Source: Squalus acanthias
Lineage: Eukaryota
Direction: 5' to 3'
Length of the DNA: 64,000 bases
Assembly (NCBI GenBank): GCA_030390025.1
Contig: CM059449.1
Coordinates: 13,764,001 to 13,828,000 of the forward strand
Shown here: in pieces, positions 51,001-64,000 of the stretch
Layout: every line of letters starts with the position of its first letter
Position numbering within the stretch: the stretch's first letter is position 1
Program-made: the position numbers and the translations under genes
Notes under the pieces: generated by a model
What the model saw: only the letters and a program-made list of their open reading frames with translations
Databases searched by the model: none
Told to the model about the DNA's origin: nothing

Positions 51001-52756
51001 TATATAAAAAGGAAGAGGGTAGCTAAAGTAAACGTTGGTCCCTTAGAGGATGAGACTGGTGAATTAATAATGGGGAACAGGGAAATGGCGGAGACTCTGA
51101 ACAAATATTATGTATCTGTCTTCACGGTAGAAGACACTAACAACATCCCAATAATGGATAATCAAGGTGCCACAGGGTGGGGGGAACTAAAGATAATCAC
51201 TATCACGAAGGAAATAGTACTCAGTAAAATAATGGGACTAAAAGATGACAAGTCCCCTGGACCAGATTGCCTGCATGCCAGGGTCTTAAAAAAAAGTGTC
51301 TGCAGAGACAATGGATGCATTGGTTGCGATATACCAAAATTCCCTGGACTCTGGCGAGGTCCCAGCGGATTGGAAACCCGCAAATGTAACACCCCTATTT
51401 AAGAAAGGAGGGAGACAGAAAGCAGGAAACTATAGACCAGTCAGCCTAACATCTGTCGTTAAGGAAGCAATAGCAGGACATTTGGAAAATCATAATGCAG
51501 TCAAGCAGAGTCAGCATGGTTTTAGGAAAGGGAAATAATGTTTAACAAATTTGTTGGAGTTCTTTGAGGAGGTAACGAGCAGTGTGGACAAAGGTGAACC
51601 AGTGAATGCGGTGTATTTGGATTTCCATAAGGCATTCGATAAGCTGCCACATAAAAGGTTACTGCATAAGAGAAGAGCTCACGGAATTGGGGGTAATATA
51701 TTAGCATGGATAGAGAATTGGCTAACTAACAGAAAGCAGAGAGTCGGGATAAATGGGTCATTTTCTGATTGGCAAACGGTAACTAGTGGGGTGCCATAGA
51801 GATCGGTGCTGGGGCCTCAACTATTTACAATCTAGATTAATGACTTGGATGAAGGGACCGTGTGTAATCTAGCCAAGTTTGCAGATGATACAAAGATGGG
51901 TGGGAAAGCAAGTTGTGCAGAGGACTCAAAGAACCTGCAATAGGATATAGACAGGCTAAGTAAGTGGGCAAACATTTGGCAGATGGAGTATACTGTGGGA
52001 AAGTGCGAGGTTATACACTTTGGCAGGAAAAATAAAAAAGCAAATTATTATTTAAATGGAGAGAGATTACAAAATGCTACAGTTCAGAGGGACCTGGGGG
52101 TCCTTGTACATGAACCACAAAAAGTTAGCATGCAGGTACAGCAAGTAATCAAAAAGGCAAATGGATTGTTGGCCTTTATTTCAAAGGGGTTGAAATATAA
52201 AATCAGGGAAGTCCTGCTACAATTGTACAGGGTATTGGTGAGACCACACCTTGAGTACTGCGTACAGTGTTGGTCTCCTTATTTAAGGAAGGATATTGGA
52301 GGCAGTTCAGAGACGATTCACTCGGTTAATTCCAGAGATGAGGGGGTTGACTTATGAGGAAAGGTTGAGCAGGCTGAGCCTATGCTAATTGGAATTTAGA
52401 AGAATGAGAGGTGATCTTATTGAAACATATAAGATACTGAGGGGGCACGACAAGGTAGGTGCAGAGAGAACTCGGGGGCATAGTTTCAGAATAAAGGGTC
52501 GCCCTTTTAGAACTAAGATGAGGAGGAATCTTAAATCTGTGGAATTCTCTGCCCCAGAGAGCTGTGGAGGCTGGGTTATTAAATATATTTGAGGCGGAGA
52601 TAGACACATTTTTGCAAGATAAGGGAGTGAAGGGTTATGGAGAGCGGGCAGGGAAGTGGCTTTGAGCCTTAGATTCGCCATGATCTTATTGAATGGCGGA
52701 GCAGGCTCGAGGGGCCAAGTGGCCTATTCCAACTCCTATTTCTTATGTTCTTATGT
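48020..52756 (+). mobile_element. Full-length, degenerate CR1 LINE inserted into an older minus-strand CR1 3' end (47855-48019 / 52757-52960)
   Basis: Esterase ORF1 (GDSIVRG), APE and RT fragments, ttcttatg tail; host sequence resumes after the tail. Confidence 0.92.
48030..48590 (+). repeat. ~44-bp CpG-rich tandem repeat, ~13 copies, in the CR1 5'UTR
   Basis: Unit ggcggta(c/a)ttaaaacagtgggggcccaggagagcgcgagacctc. Confidence 0.92.
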
Positions 52757-53589
52757 TGAATATACTCAACGACTGAACCTCCACAGCCCTCTGGGGTAGA
52801 GAATTCCAAAGATTCACCAGCCTCTAAGTAAAGAAATTTCTCCTCATCTTAGTCCTAAATGGTCTAAATTCTGAGACTGTGACCCCTGGTTCTGGACTCC
52901 CCAGCCAGGGGAAACATCCTCCCTGCATCTACCTCTTTAGAAGAATTCTGTATGTTTCATATGGGATAAGCAGTTGCTGAATTAGGTAAACTGATGATAA
53001 TATATATATTTTTTTCCATTTTAGTCTTTAGAGTCACAACAAAACAGCATTTTCTCAACAATTTTCGACTGTGGACACAGCAGCTATGTCATGATGAGTT
53101 CAATTGATTCTTTTGTCCCCTCCAACTCAGGTAGCAAGACAAAAGGCAGTATCTCTACTCCTGCTCCTATCTTCTATGGTTCTATGCTTCAGTGCTTAAA
53201 CGCTTGTTGCTGCCAGAGTCTGCACAGCCATCCCAACAATCTCAGGGGGTGAAACCGGATCCGCAGCCTGTGTTACACCCCGCCGGTTTCTTTTTTATTT
53301 TCTCTTAAAGGGGATGAAACACGGACTGTCCGCTTTGTGCTACGACCCAAGACCAATTTCAGCCCCAGTGTCAACAATCTCCACTTCTGCAAACACAGGA
53401 GGCGGATGTGGATTGTTGTCTTTACCCAGCTGGGTGGTAATATGGCCAAGTGAATCGCCCGGCTGTTGTAGAACTCGCCAGATGAAAATAAGACCAGCTC
53501 CGTAAAGGGGGTGGGTGGCGATCAGATTTCATTTCAGGCGGTGAAGATGAACTTCTATTACGGGGGAGATTAAAATGTACATGTGGATG

Positions 53590-56500
53590 CATAGATTAAA
53601 AAGCAGGACCTCACATGTTGTAATCTCTGGATTAATCCCTGTGCCACGTGCTAGTGAGTATAGGAATAGGAGGATAGAGCAGATGAATGCGTGGCTTAAG
53701 AGTTGTGCAGGAGGGAGGGCTTTAGTTTCCTGGATCACTGGGTCTGCTTCTGGGGAAGGTGGGACCTGTACAAGTCGGACGGGTTGCACCTGAACCGGAA
53801 TGGGACCAACATCCTTGCGGGGAGGTTTGCTATTACTGTTGCGGGAGCGGGGGGGTGGGTTTAAACAAACTTGGCAGGGGGATGGGATACCGAGTGGAGC
53901 TATAGTAGGGGGTGATGCACAGCCAAATATAGAGGTAAAAACAAGTCAGCCTGGAAGGCAGAGCAAATATGTAACGGCACAAGGGAGTATGGCAAGGCTG
54001 GTGAGCATTTATTTTAATGCAAGGAGTCTTGCGAGTAAGGCAGATGAATTGAAGGTGTTGATGAACACATGTAAGTATGATATTGTTGCTATCACAGAGA
54101 CATGGTTGAGGGAGCGGCTGGACTGGCAGCTCAATATTTCGGGATATAGAATCTTCAGACGAGACAGAGGGGGGTGTAAAAGAGGAGGGGGTATCGCAAT
54201 ATTAATCAAGGGGTCAATTACTGCTGTAAGGAAGGATGATATCTTAGCAGGTTCCTCTAATGAGGCGATATGGGTAGAACTTGAAAACAAAAAGGGGGCA
54301 ATCACTTTGCTGGGAGTGTACTATCGGCCTCCAAACAGTCAGGGGAGAGAGAGGAACAGATATGTAGGCAAATCTCAGAGAAGTGTAGTAATAATTGGGT
54401 AATAATAGTAGGGAATTTCAACTTCCCCAATATTAACTGGGATAGTCAGAGTGTGAAAGGCTTAGAGGGTGCGGAATTCTTAAAGTGCATCCAGGAGAGC
54501 TTTTTGAGCCAGCATGTAGAAAGTCCTACAAGAGAGGGGGCGGTACTGGACAAGTAGTCGGGCAAGTAGTAGAAGCATTAGTAGGAGAGCATTTTGGTGA
54601 CAGTGACCATAATTCGGTGAGAATTAAAGTAGTCATGGAAAAGGAAAAAGATGGACCGGAAATAAAGATTCTAAATTGGGGGAAGGCCGATTTTAATATG
54701 ATAAGGCAGGATCTGGCCAAAGTGGACTGGGATCAGCTACTTGTAGGAAAATCCACATCAGAGCAGTGGGAGTCTTTCAGAAAGGAAATAGAGAGAGTAC
54801 AACGGCAACATGTTCCCGTAAAGGTCAAGGGTGGGACCAACAAGCCCAGGGAACCCTGGATGTCAAGGGATATACGAGAATAGATGAGGAAAAAAAGGGA
54901 GGCTTTTGGCAGAGACAAAGGACTAAAAACAGTGGAAGCCCTAGAGGAGTATAGAAAGTGCAGGGGCGTTCTTAAAAAAGAAATTCGGAGAGCAAAGAGG
55001 GGGCATGAAATAACACTGGCGGGCAAAATACAGGAAAATACCAAGGTGTTTTATAAGTATATTAAGGGCAAGGGGTTGACCAGGGAAAGAGTAGGGCCCA
55101 GTAGGGACCAAAGTGGCAATCTGTGTGTAGAGCCAGAAGATGTTGGTGGGGTTTTAAATGAATATTTTGCATCTGTGTTCACTATGGAGAAGGACGATGT
55201 AAGCACAGAAATCAGGCAGGGGGATTGTGATATACTTGAACAAATTAGTATTGAGAGGGAGGAGGTACTAGCGGTTTTAGCGGGCTTAAAAGTGGATAAA
55301 TCCCCAGGCCCAGACGAGATGTATCCCAGGCTACTGTGTGAGGCAAGGGAGGAGATTGCAGGGGCTCTGACACAAATTTTCAGAACCTCGCTGGCCACAG
55401 GGGAGGTGCCAGAGGACTGGAGAACAGCTAACGTATTACCATTATTCAAGAAGGGTAGTAGGGATAAACCAGGGAATTACAGGCCAGTGAGACAAACATC
55501 AGTGGTAGGGAAATTATTGGAAAAAATTCTGAGGGACAGAATCAGTCTCCACTTGGAGAGGCAAGGATTAATCAAGGATAGTCAGCATGGCTTTGTCAGG
55601 GGGAGATCATGTCTGACCAATTTGATTGAATTTTTCGAGGGGGTAACTAGGTGTGTGCATGAGGGTAGTGCAGTTGATGTGGTCTACATGGACTTCAGTA
55701 AGGCTTTTGAAAAAGTCCCGCATGGGAGACAGGTAAAGAAAGTAAGAGCCCATGGGATCCAGGGCAACTTGGCACATTGGATCCAAAATTGGCTTACTGG
55801 CAGGAGGCAGAGGGTGATGGTCGAACGTTGTTTTTGTGACTGGAAGCCTGTGTCTAGTGGTGTACCGCAGGGTTCGGTGCTGGGTCCTTTGCTGTTTGTA
55901 GTGTACATTAATGATTTAGATATGAATGTAGGAGGTATGATTAGTTGGTTCGCAGATGACTCGAAAATTGGTGGAGTGGTAAATAGCGAGGAGAAGCCTC
56001 AGGATACAGGACGATATAGACAGGTTGGTTAGATGGGCAGAACAGTGGCAAATGGAATTTAACCCTGAAAAGTGTGAGGTGATGCATTTTGGGAGGACTA
56101 ACAAGGCAAGGGAATAAACAATGAATGGTCGGACCCTAGGAAGGACAGAGGATCAGAGGGACCTTGGTGAGCATGTACATAGATCCCTGAAGGCAGCAGG
56201 ACAGGTAGAAAAGGTGGTTAAAAAGGCATATAGGATACTTGCCTTCATTAACCGAGGCATAGAATATAAGAGCAGGGAGGTTATGATGGAGCTGTACAAA
56301 ACGCTAGTTAGGCCACAGCTGGAATACTGTGTGCAGTTCTGGTCACCACACTATAGGAAGGATGTGGTTGCATTGGAGAGGGTGCAGAGGAGATTCACCT
56401 GGATGTTACCTGGGCTGCAGCGCTTCAACTATGAAGAGAGACTGGACAGGCTGGGGTTGTTTTCCTTAGAGCAGAGAAGGCTGAGAGGGGACCTGATTGA

Positions 56501-56867
56501 GGTGTACAAATTTATGAGTGGCATGGATAGGGCAGATAGAAAGGAACTTTTCCCCTTAGTAGAGGGGTCAATAACCAGGGGACATAGTTTCAAGGTAAGG
56601 GGCAGGAGGTTTACAGGGGATTTGAGGAAAAAACTTTTCACCCAGAGGGTGGTTGGAATCTGGAACTCACTGCCTGAAAGGGTGGTAGAGGCAGGAACCC
56701 TCACAACATTCAAGAAGCATTTAGATGAGCACTTGAAACGCCATAGGTTACAAGGCTACGGACCAAGTGCTGGCAAATGGGATTGGAATAGATAGGGCTT
56801 GATGGCCGGTGCAGACACGATGGGCCGAATGGCCTCTTTCTGTGCTGTATAACTCTATGACTCTATG
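53590..56867 (+). mobile_element. 5'-truncated CR1
   Basis: ORFs 53800-56795 with APE/RT motifs; (ACTCTATG)n tail. Confidence 0.93.
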
Positions 56868-57696
56868 TAAGCTTTTGAAAAATTAACTAAAAACGTGGAA
56901 TTCGAACTTAATCACATTGCCTAAAAATTATCAGCACTATACCACATGTGTATTAAAGACAATCTGCCTCTCAATAATGTTCGCCAGAGAGTTCACTGAA
57001 TTTAAATGCTGGAGATGTTTAAATCTCCCTTTACATCACACATCTGTTCTGAGCTTAACTATACCCGGAAATCCTTAAAATAGACCTTTCTATAGTACGT
57101 GTCAATATCAGGCCTGTTACGTGACTCAACGCACATTAAAACTAAACCTGCGAAAAACACTATTTGGGTCCGTACATATTTTAAGATTTTTCGCCGGCAA
57201 TGCGTTGTGCACCTGCCCCTGATTCCATTAATAACTAGAGAAAGCGCAGCAGCGAGCATTGAACTTTAATAAACGTGTGTGAATCACATTGTACAGCACG
57301 TTCAGCCGGCTCTGCGTCGTCGCATAACGGGTGGTGCAGATTGCTGTTAATTGCACAGAAGCTGAATATCTAAAAACGTCCTTTCATTCTTCAACCTTTC
57401 TCACTTGTTAACTGCTGTTAAGAAAACGTTGTTATTGCAGAGCACACTTTTTACCGGTCGGTGCAATTACACGCCTCTTTCGATAGAGCAGCAGCCACAG
57501 ATAAGAAACTGCAATGTGTTCAGTGTGGCCTTCCAATTCAACTTCAACGATTCTAACAATTCAATAAGCTCCTGCAACGTAAAAAATGGGTTATATTTCT
57601 TTGGAAGCCTGTTTGTGATTACATTAAAATTATATCTCGCGCCTCCAGAGGGGGAAGAGCATTGGGAATTGAAGCATTCTTTAAAGGATGCGATGC

Positions 57697-57822
57697 AAAC
57701 AAACACACACACTTCCCACAAATGCGCACACACACACACACAAATAACACAGACACCACATGGACACGCACAGAGACACATGCATACACAAAGACACACA
57801 GGCACACACACTAACACACAGG
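57697..57822. repeat. Degenerate (CA)n microsatellite
   Basis: Direct reading. Confidence 0.85.
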
Positions 57823-58780
57823 CATGTCCTTCATTAAAAGGCTGTATAACTGGACAAAATGTCCGATTGTGTCAGGTTCAGCATAACCCTCCGGCTAATA
57901 AAACACCTCAGATGGCCATTAATGGTCTGTTTTTGTCTGGATATTCGGGATCACCCCCATATCGAACTGGTTTTGATTTGGCTTCACATTGTCTCTAAAC
58001 ATCTTTGGTTAAATTAATTTAATGCTTCCTCGGATGGCGTCCCAGGACTTGAGTTGGGTAAAGTGTTCAACTGTTTAGCAGAGTACGCACAGTGTTGAGC
58101 AAGTTCCAATATTATCATTTGGATATTTGAATGTTTTACTTTCCCTTCAATGCCAAACTAAGAAATTGCAAAAATCGAAGAAGCGCACTTTACCAAGAGT
58201 CCCATATCTTCATACTAGGAGGGCTTCATCAAGTATATGCACATTTCCTTAGTGTAAGATAGCACACTTCACCGAGAGGGGCAAACAGTCACCGGAAATA
58301 ACCCACAGTGATGGATTTAATATAAAAATTAAATGCTGGGGCATAAGCTGCAATGTTTTAATGTTGCAATAGTCACACTAAACCGATGTAAATAATACCA
58401 AGAAACAATTAGTCGCAATATTTAGTACCCCTTTCCGTAAATATATAGCAAGTCCGCTCATGGAGTGCATGAAATGGAAAGGAAATACATGTTTGAAGAA
58501 TTTATTAAATAAAAGACTGTTTACTTAGATGTAAAACATCAACATCACAAATTAATAAAGCACGCTACAAAAGTAAATAGTGCACAATATTTAATAATGT
58601 TAAAACAAGTAGTGAAATGGCAAGCTCGGGCATTTTCGAGTTAGAAAAGTCGCCTCAACCGGTGCTTGACTTCCCAGCACGCCTTTGCGACAATATGCAC
58701 GCTTAAGAGATTTTTCCACTTCTCTTGCGGGGAGGCGGCCGTGAATCAGTGTTTTTCGAGCAAATTTTCACCTATATTAC

Positions 58781-58832
58781 CAGCGGCTGGGCAAAGGACA
58801 TGTTGCAGTTAAAGACGAACTAATAAATTCAA
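58781..58832 (-). pseudogene. Possible degenerate third leader exon
   Basis: ttgaatttattagttcgtctttaactgcaacatgtcctttgcccagccgctg|gtaata aligns with indels to the gene A leader (atgaaattcatccagcgatttgccttcatgcaactgattccctttgcactgtgcactg|gt). Similar distance to a tRNA-Arg cassette as the gene B leader. Confidence 0.35.
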
Positions 58833-59290
58833 TGCAGCAATGTTTAATTGTTGGTTTCCATACATCTTTGTGGATTTCAGAGAGTCGCTGATTGGTGGCA
58901 GAATCCCGATTGCCGTGCAGTGGAAGCATGTGTATTGTAACGCTAGTGCTTAGTCAGGAACACCTCGATATCCTTTACTTCCTGTTTCAACATTAGAAGC
59001 GAGGCAGGTGATCAGTTATGCAACAATATCAATAAACAGAATTGATACCAATCAATCGCTTATGGTTTCCTGACAATGTTTTTTTCTATTGTTATTCCAA
59101 TTAGGTTAGCCTTGGTTAATTACTACTAGCCCAGCAAGAAGCTGTCCCTAACATTGTTGATGAACACCAAACTTAAAGCGAAATTATGCATTGCCACTCG
59201 AAATATTAATCTTTCTCAGTCAGCTGCTGACTGAAACAGAATTTTTCTCTACTTGCGAAATATATATATATACCGTTGCCAAAATTTCTA

Positions 59291-59760
59291 CAAAAGCAAA
59301 ACACTGCGGATGCTGGAAATCTGAAATAAAAACAGAAAATGGTGGAAATGCTCAGCAGGTCAGGCAGCATCTGCGGAGAGAGAAACAGAGTTAACGTTTC
59401 AGGTCGTTTCTTCAGAACTGGGAAACGTTAGAGATGCAACAGATTTTAAGCAAGTGTAGGGGCAGGGAAAGGGGGGAAGAACAAAAGGGAAGGTCTGTGA
59501 TAGGGTGGAAGGCGGGAGAGATTAAAAGACAAAAGGGATGATGGTGCAAGGCAAAAGGAGATGGTAATGGGACAAGTAAAGAAAGCTGTAAATGGAAATG
59601 GCAGAATCATCAACAGCTGCTGTGTGAAAAAATAGGGGCAGAGGTTTTGGCCTGAAATTGTTGAACTCCTCTGCACTGTGCTTGTCTATATTTCAGTTAC
59701 TTCGAGTTCAACAACTTCAGACCTAACCTCGGCCAGCATTTCCAGCATTTTCGGTTTTAT
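59291..59760. mobile_element. Probable second Penelope-like terminal fragment
   Basis: gatgctggaaatctgaaataaaaacagaaaatggtgg at the left and the inverted ccagcattttcggttttat at the right. Confidence 0.5.
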
Positions 59761-59902
59761 GCCAAAATGTCTTATTTCTCCGTACATTTTGTAAATTTAT
59801 AAGAAAGCCACGTAAATAATTCACTTGAACGCACGTGTTGTACTAATTCTATAATATAAAGCCATACTCTACATTGTGGCCTGAAATACAGCCCATATTG
59901 TT

Positions 59903-59976
59903 GCCCCAATGGCCTAATGGGTAAAAAACTGTGCTACTCACGCCTGGGATTCTGGGTTCGAGTCCCAAATGGTGTG
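59903..59976 (+). pseudogene. Degenerate tRNA-Arg(CCT) pseudogene
   Basis: GCCCCAATGGCCTAATGG...GGGTTCGAGTCCCA with a scrambled anticodon arm. Same downstream flank as the other two copies. Confidence 0.75.
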
Positions 59977-60099
59977 ATGTCAACTTTTAGTGCCAGCCGT
60001 GGATCAATGGGTAACACTCTCACTTCTGGGTCAGAAGGCTGTAAGTCTTATTCCAGAAACTTGAGCACAAAATCTCGGTAGCAGATTCAGAGTTACAGA

Positions 60100-62353
60100 C
60101 CCTCGACCCTGTTCCACCATTCAATGAGTTCGTAGAAGATCTTTGACCTAACTCCATATACCCACCTTTGGCCCACATCGCTTAATACCTTTGGTTAACA
60201 AAAATCTATTAATTTCAGATTCAAAATTAACAATTGAACCAGCATCAATTGCCATTTGCGGAAGAGAGTTTCAAACTTCTAGCACCCTTTGTGGGTAGAA
60301 GTGTTTCCTAATTCCACTCCTGAAAAATCTAGATTTAATTGTTAAATTATGCCCCCTACTCCTAGAATTATTTCCAATAATTTTCCCACCACCGTGGTTA
60401 GGCTGATTGGCCTGTAATTACTCAGTCTATCCCTTTTCCCTTTTTAAACAATGGTACCACGTTAGCAGCCGTCCAGTCTTCCGGCACCACATCTGTAGCC
60501 CAAGAGGATTGGAAAATGATGGTCAGAGCCTCTGCTATTTCCTCTCTTACTTCTCTTAACAGTCTGGGATACATTTCATCCGGGCCTGGGGATTTATCCA
60601 CTTTCAAAGATGCTAAACCCCTTAACACCTCCTCTCTCACTATGTTTATTTCATCTAATATTTCACGCTCTTCCTCCCTGATTGTAATTTTTGCATTCTC
60701 CCTCTCTTTTGTGAAAACAGACACAAATTATTCATTAAGAACCATACCCATGCCTTTCGCCTCCACAAACAGGTTACCTTTATGGTCCCTAATAGGCCCT
60801 ACTCTTACGTTAGTTATCCTCTTGCTCTTAATGCATTTGTAAAACATCTTTGGATTTTCCTTGAATTTATTTGCCACTATTTGTTCATGCCCTCTCTTTG
60901 CTTGCATAATTTCCGTTTTAATTTCCCCCTGCACTTTCTATACTCCTCTATGGTTTCTGCAGTATTGAGCCTTCGGTATCAGTCATAAGATTCCCTTTTT
61001 TTCGTTATCCTTCCCTGTATGCCCTTTGACATCCAGGGAGCTCTAGATTTGTTAGTCCCACCCTTTTTCTTTAAGGGGACATACTTGCTCTGAACCCTCA
61101 CTATCTCCTCCTTGAATGCCTCCCACTGCTCTGACACTGATTTACCTTCAAGTTTCTGTCTCCAGTCCACTTTGGCTAAATCACATCTCAGCTTAGTAAA
61201 ATTAGCTGTTCCCCAATTGATAACTTTTTTTCTTGGTCTAACCTTGTCCTTTTCCATAACTACGCTAAATCTAACTGAATTATGATCACTACCACCAATA
61301 TGCTCTCCCACTGATACCCTTTCCACCAGCCCAGCTTCATTCCCTAAAACTAGGTCCAGAACCGCCCCCTCTCGTGTTGGGTTGCTACGTACTGGCAAAA
61401 AAAGTTCTCCTGAATGCATTTTAAGAATTCTGCTCCTTCTATACTCATCACACTAATTTTATGCCAGTTAATATTAGGGAAGTTGAAATACCCTAATATT
61501 ACTGCCCTATTTTTGCACTTCTCAGAATTGTGCCTACATATTTGCTCTTCTATCTCCCTCTGACTGTTTGGGGGTCAATAGTACACTCCCAGAATATGAT
61601 TGCCCCTTTTTTGCTTTTCAGTTCAACCCATATGGCCTCGTTGGATGATCCTTCTAAGATATCATCCCTCCCAGTGGCCTAACCGAGTAACCAGGAGTGT
61701 TGAGCTGCCATTCCTACCCTTCTTTCAGCCATGTCTCAGTAATAGCTATACTATCATACTCCCACGTGTCTATCTGTGCCCTCAGCTCATCTGCTTTATT
61801 CCCTAGACTCCTTGTGTTGAAGTATATCTCATTTAGCACTGCCAAACTCCCTTGCTGTCTATTTTCTAGCCTTTGTTTCCTCTGCCTTCCAAACTGGCTT
61901 ACTAATTTTCTGCCATCCATTTCCAGCTTTGCTTCTCTCTCTTCTGAATCTACTCTCAAGTTCCCACCCCCTGCCAAGCTGGCTTAAAACCTCCCCAAAA
62001 GCACTAGCAATGCCCCCACCCCGCGAGGATATTGGTACCGGTCTTGTTGAGGTGCAACCCTTCCGGCTTGTACAAGTCCCACCTCCCCTAAAAACGGTCC
62101 CAATGCCTCAGGAATCTCAAGCCCTCCCTCTTGCGCCATCTTTCCAGCCATGCATTCATCTGCTCTATCCTCCTATTCCTGTACTCACTAGCACGTGGCA
62201 CCGGGAGTAATCCGGAGATTACGACCTTTGAGGCCCTGCTTTTTAATCGCTTTCCTAGCTCCCTAAAATCTGCCTGCAGGACCTCGTCCCTCTTTCTATG
62301 TCGTTGGTACCAATATGGACCACGACCTCTGACTGTTCTCCCTCCCCCCTCAG
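60100..62353 (-). mobile_element. CR1 3' fragment fused to a CR1 ORF1/ORF2 fragment (duplicated at ~62800-64000)
   Basis: DKSPGPDEMYPRLLRE, SDHNSVRF, ITETWL, ISGLLPVPRAS. Confidence 0.88.
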
Positions 62354-62586
62354 AATGGCTTATATTGGATGTTTGCAGTAACTTCGTGTTCCACTTTTTC
62401 AGACCATAACCTCTGCCAGTATTTCCAGCATTTTCTGTTTTAATGCCAAAATGTCTTATTTCTCCGTACATTTTCTAAATTTATAAGAATGCCACGTAAA
62501 TAATTCACTTGAATACCTGTGTTGCAATAATTCTATAAGAAAGCCATACTGTGCTTTGTGCCCAAGCGTGGCGAATGCATACCGTA

Positions 62587-62659
62587 GCCCCAGTGGCCTA
62601 ATGGCTAAGGCACTAGCCTCCTAAACCAAGGATTCGGGGTACGAGTCCCAGCTGGGGTG
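62587..62659 (+). pseudogene. Full-length tRNA-Arg(CCT) pseudogene
   Basis: 73 nt, anticodon loop CTCCTAA retained, but anticodon-stem mismatches and T-loop GGTACGA instead of GGTTCGA. Confidence 0.82.
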
Positions 62660-64000
62660 TGAAATTTTAGTGTAAGCTGTGGATCAATGGGTCACACTCT
62701 CACCTCTGGGTCAGAAGGCTGTTGGTCCCACACCAGAAACTTGAGCACAAAAATCTCAGCAGCAGATTCAGAGATTCAGAGTTTCATCGGGACAAGAGTC
62801 AGCCTTTCAGCCCATCGAGCCTGTTCCACCATTCAATGAGATCGTGGCTGATCTGCGACCGAACTCCATATACCCACCTTTGGCCCATATCCCTTAATAC
62901 CTTGGTTAACAAAAATCTATCAATCTCTGATTTAAAATTAACAATTGAAACCAGCATCAATTGCCGTTTGCGGAAGAGAGTTCCAAACTTCTAACACCCT
63001 TTGTCTGTAGAAGTGTTTCCTAATTCCACTCCTGAAAGATCCAGATTTCATTTTTAAACTATGCCCCCTAGTCTTAGAATTATTTCCAATAATTTTCCCA
63101 CCACCGAGGTTAAGCTGACTGGCCTGTAATTATTCAGTCTATCCTTTTCTCCCATTTTAAACAATGGTACCACGTTAGCAGCCCTCCAGTCTTCCGGCAC
63201 CACATCTGTAGCCCAAGAGAATTGGAAAATGATGGTCAAAGCGCTATTTCCTCTCTTACTTCTCTTAACATTCTGGGATGCATTTCATCCGGGCCGTGGG
63301 ATTTATCCACTTTCAAAGATGCTAAACCCCTTAACATCTCCTCTCTCACTTTGTTTATTTCATCTAATATTTCACGCTCTTCCTCCCTGATTGAAATTTT
63401 TGCAGTGTCCCTCTCTTTTGTGAAAACAGACACAAATTATTCATTAAGAACCATACCCATGCCTTTCGCCTCCACAAACAGGTTACCTTTATGGTCCCTA
63501 ATAGGCCCTACTCTTACGTTAGTTATCCTCATGCTCTTAATGCATTTGTAAAACATCTTTGGATTTTCCTTGAATTTATTTCCCACTATTTGTTCATGCC
63601 CTCTCTTTGCTTGCATAATTTCCGTTTAAATATCCCCCTGCACTTTCTATACTCCTCTATGGTTTCTGCAGTATTGAGCCTTCGGTATCAGTCATAAGAT
63701 TCCCTTTTTTTCGTTATCCTTCCCTGTATGCCCTTTGACATCCAGGGAGCTCTAGATTTGTTAGTCACACCTTTTTTTTAAGGGGACATTCTTGCTCTGA
63801 ACCCTCACTATCTCCTCCTTGAATGCCTCCCACTGCTCCGACACTGATTTTCCTTCAAGTTTCTGTCTCCAGTCCACTTTGGCTAAATCACATCTCAGCT
63901 TAGTAAAATTAGCTTTTCCCCATTTGAGAACTTTTATTCCTGGTCTATCCTTGTCTTTTTCCATAACTAAGCTAAGTCTAACTGAATTATGCTCTCTCAC

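Larger units (their letters stand above)
59690..64000 (+). repeat. Tandem segmental duplication, period ~2.68 kb (second copy runs off the window)
   Basis: gccaaaatgtcttatttctccgtacatttt + tRNA-Arg + SINE head + CR1 repeated; tRNA starts at 59903 and 62587. Confidence 0.9.

Noticed and set aside
57467-57570. CCSIE / tgctgctc(t/c)atcgaa match to the gene B terminal exon
   Set aside because: A single ~15-nt near-match with no extended homology is expected by chance.
58193-58247. Possible exon with a YEDM (YxxM) motif
   Set aside because: In-frame stop immediately upstream, weak acceptor and no partner exons found.
58304-58331. CACAGTG followed by ATAAAAATT, resembling a RAG recombination signal
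   Set aside because: 11-nt spacer, 6/9 nonamer match and no adjacent V/D/J segment. The V exons here are germline-joined and followed by splice donors, not RSSs.

Overview
Eukaryotic, repeat-dense window, very likely from a cartilaginous fish (shark). The basis is DeuSINE/SacSINE1-type SINEs, esterase-ORF1 CR1 LINEs, L2 LINEs and Penelope hairpins. Most of the ORF track is CR1/L2 reverse transcriptase or endonuclease debris, or antisense shadows of it. Between the repeats, on the minus strand, is a small tandem cluster of NKp30/NCR3-like genes encoding germline-joined VJ-type Ig domains. Gene B (44623->31392) can be rebuilt exon by exon with compatible splice phases: 58-nt leader, 342-nt VJ exon, 120-nt uncharged transmembrane exon, and cytoplasmic exons carrying the receptor's own ITAM. 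That ITAM (DSPYT|GLELKGVDTYS*L) is split as in FcRgamma/DAP12/CD3, and its second YxxL is interrupted by an in-frame TAA. A decayed second V exon lies in the V-TM intron. Gene A (8380->549, probably running off the left edge) has paralogous leader, V and TM exons, but its V exon is out of phase. A possible third degenerate leader lies near 58.8 kb. Also present: three tRNA-Arg(CCT) pseudogenes in duplicated cassettes, a ~2.7-kb tandem duplication, three copies of a ~760-bp TIR element, a solo LTR, a four-level nested TE insertion and a 403-nt assembly gap. All calls are from manual reading; no database searches were run.
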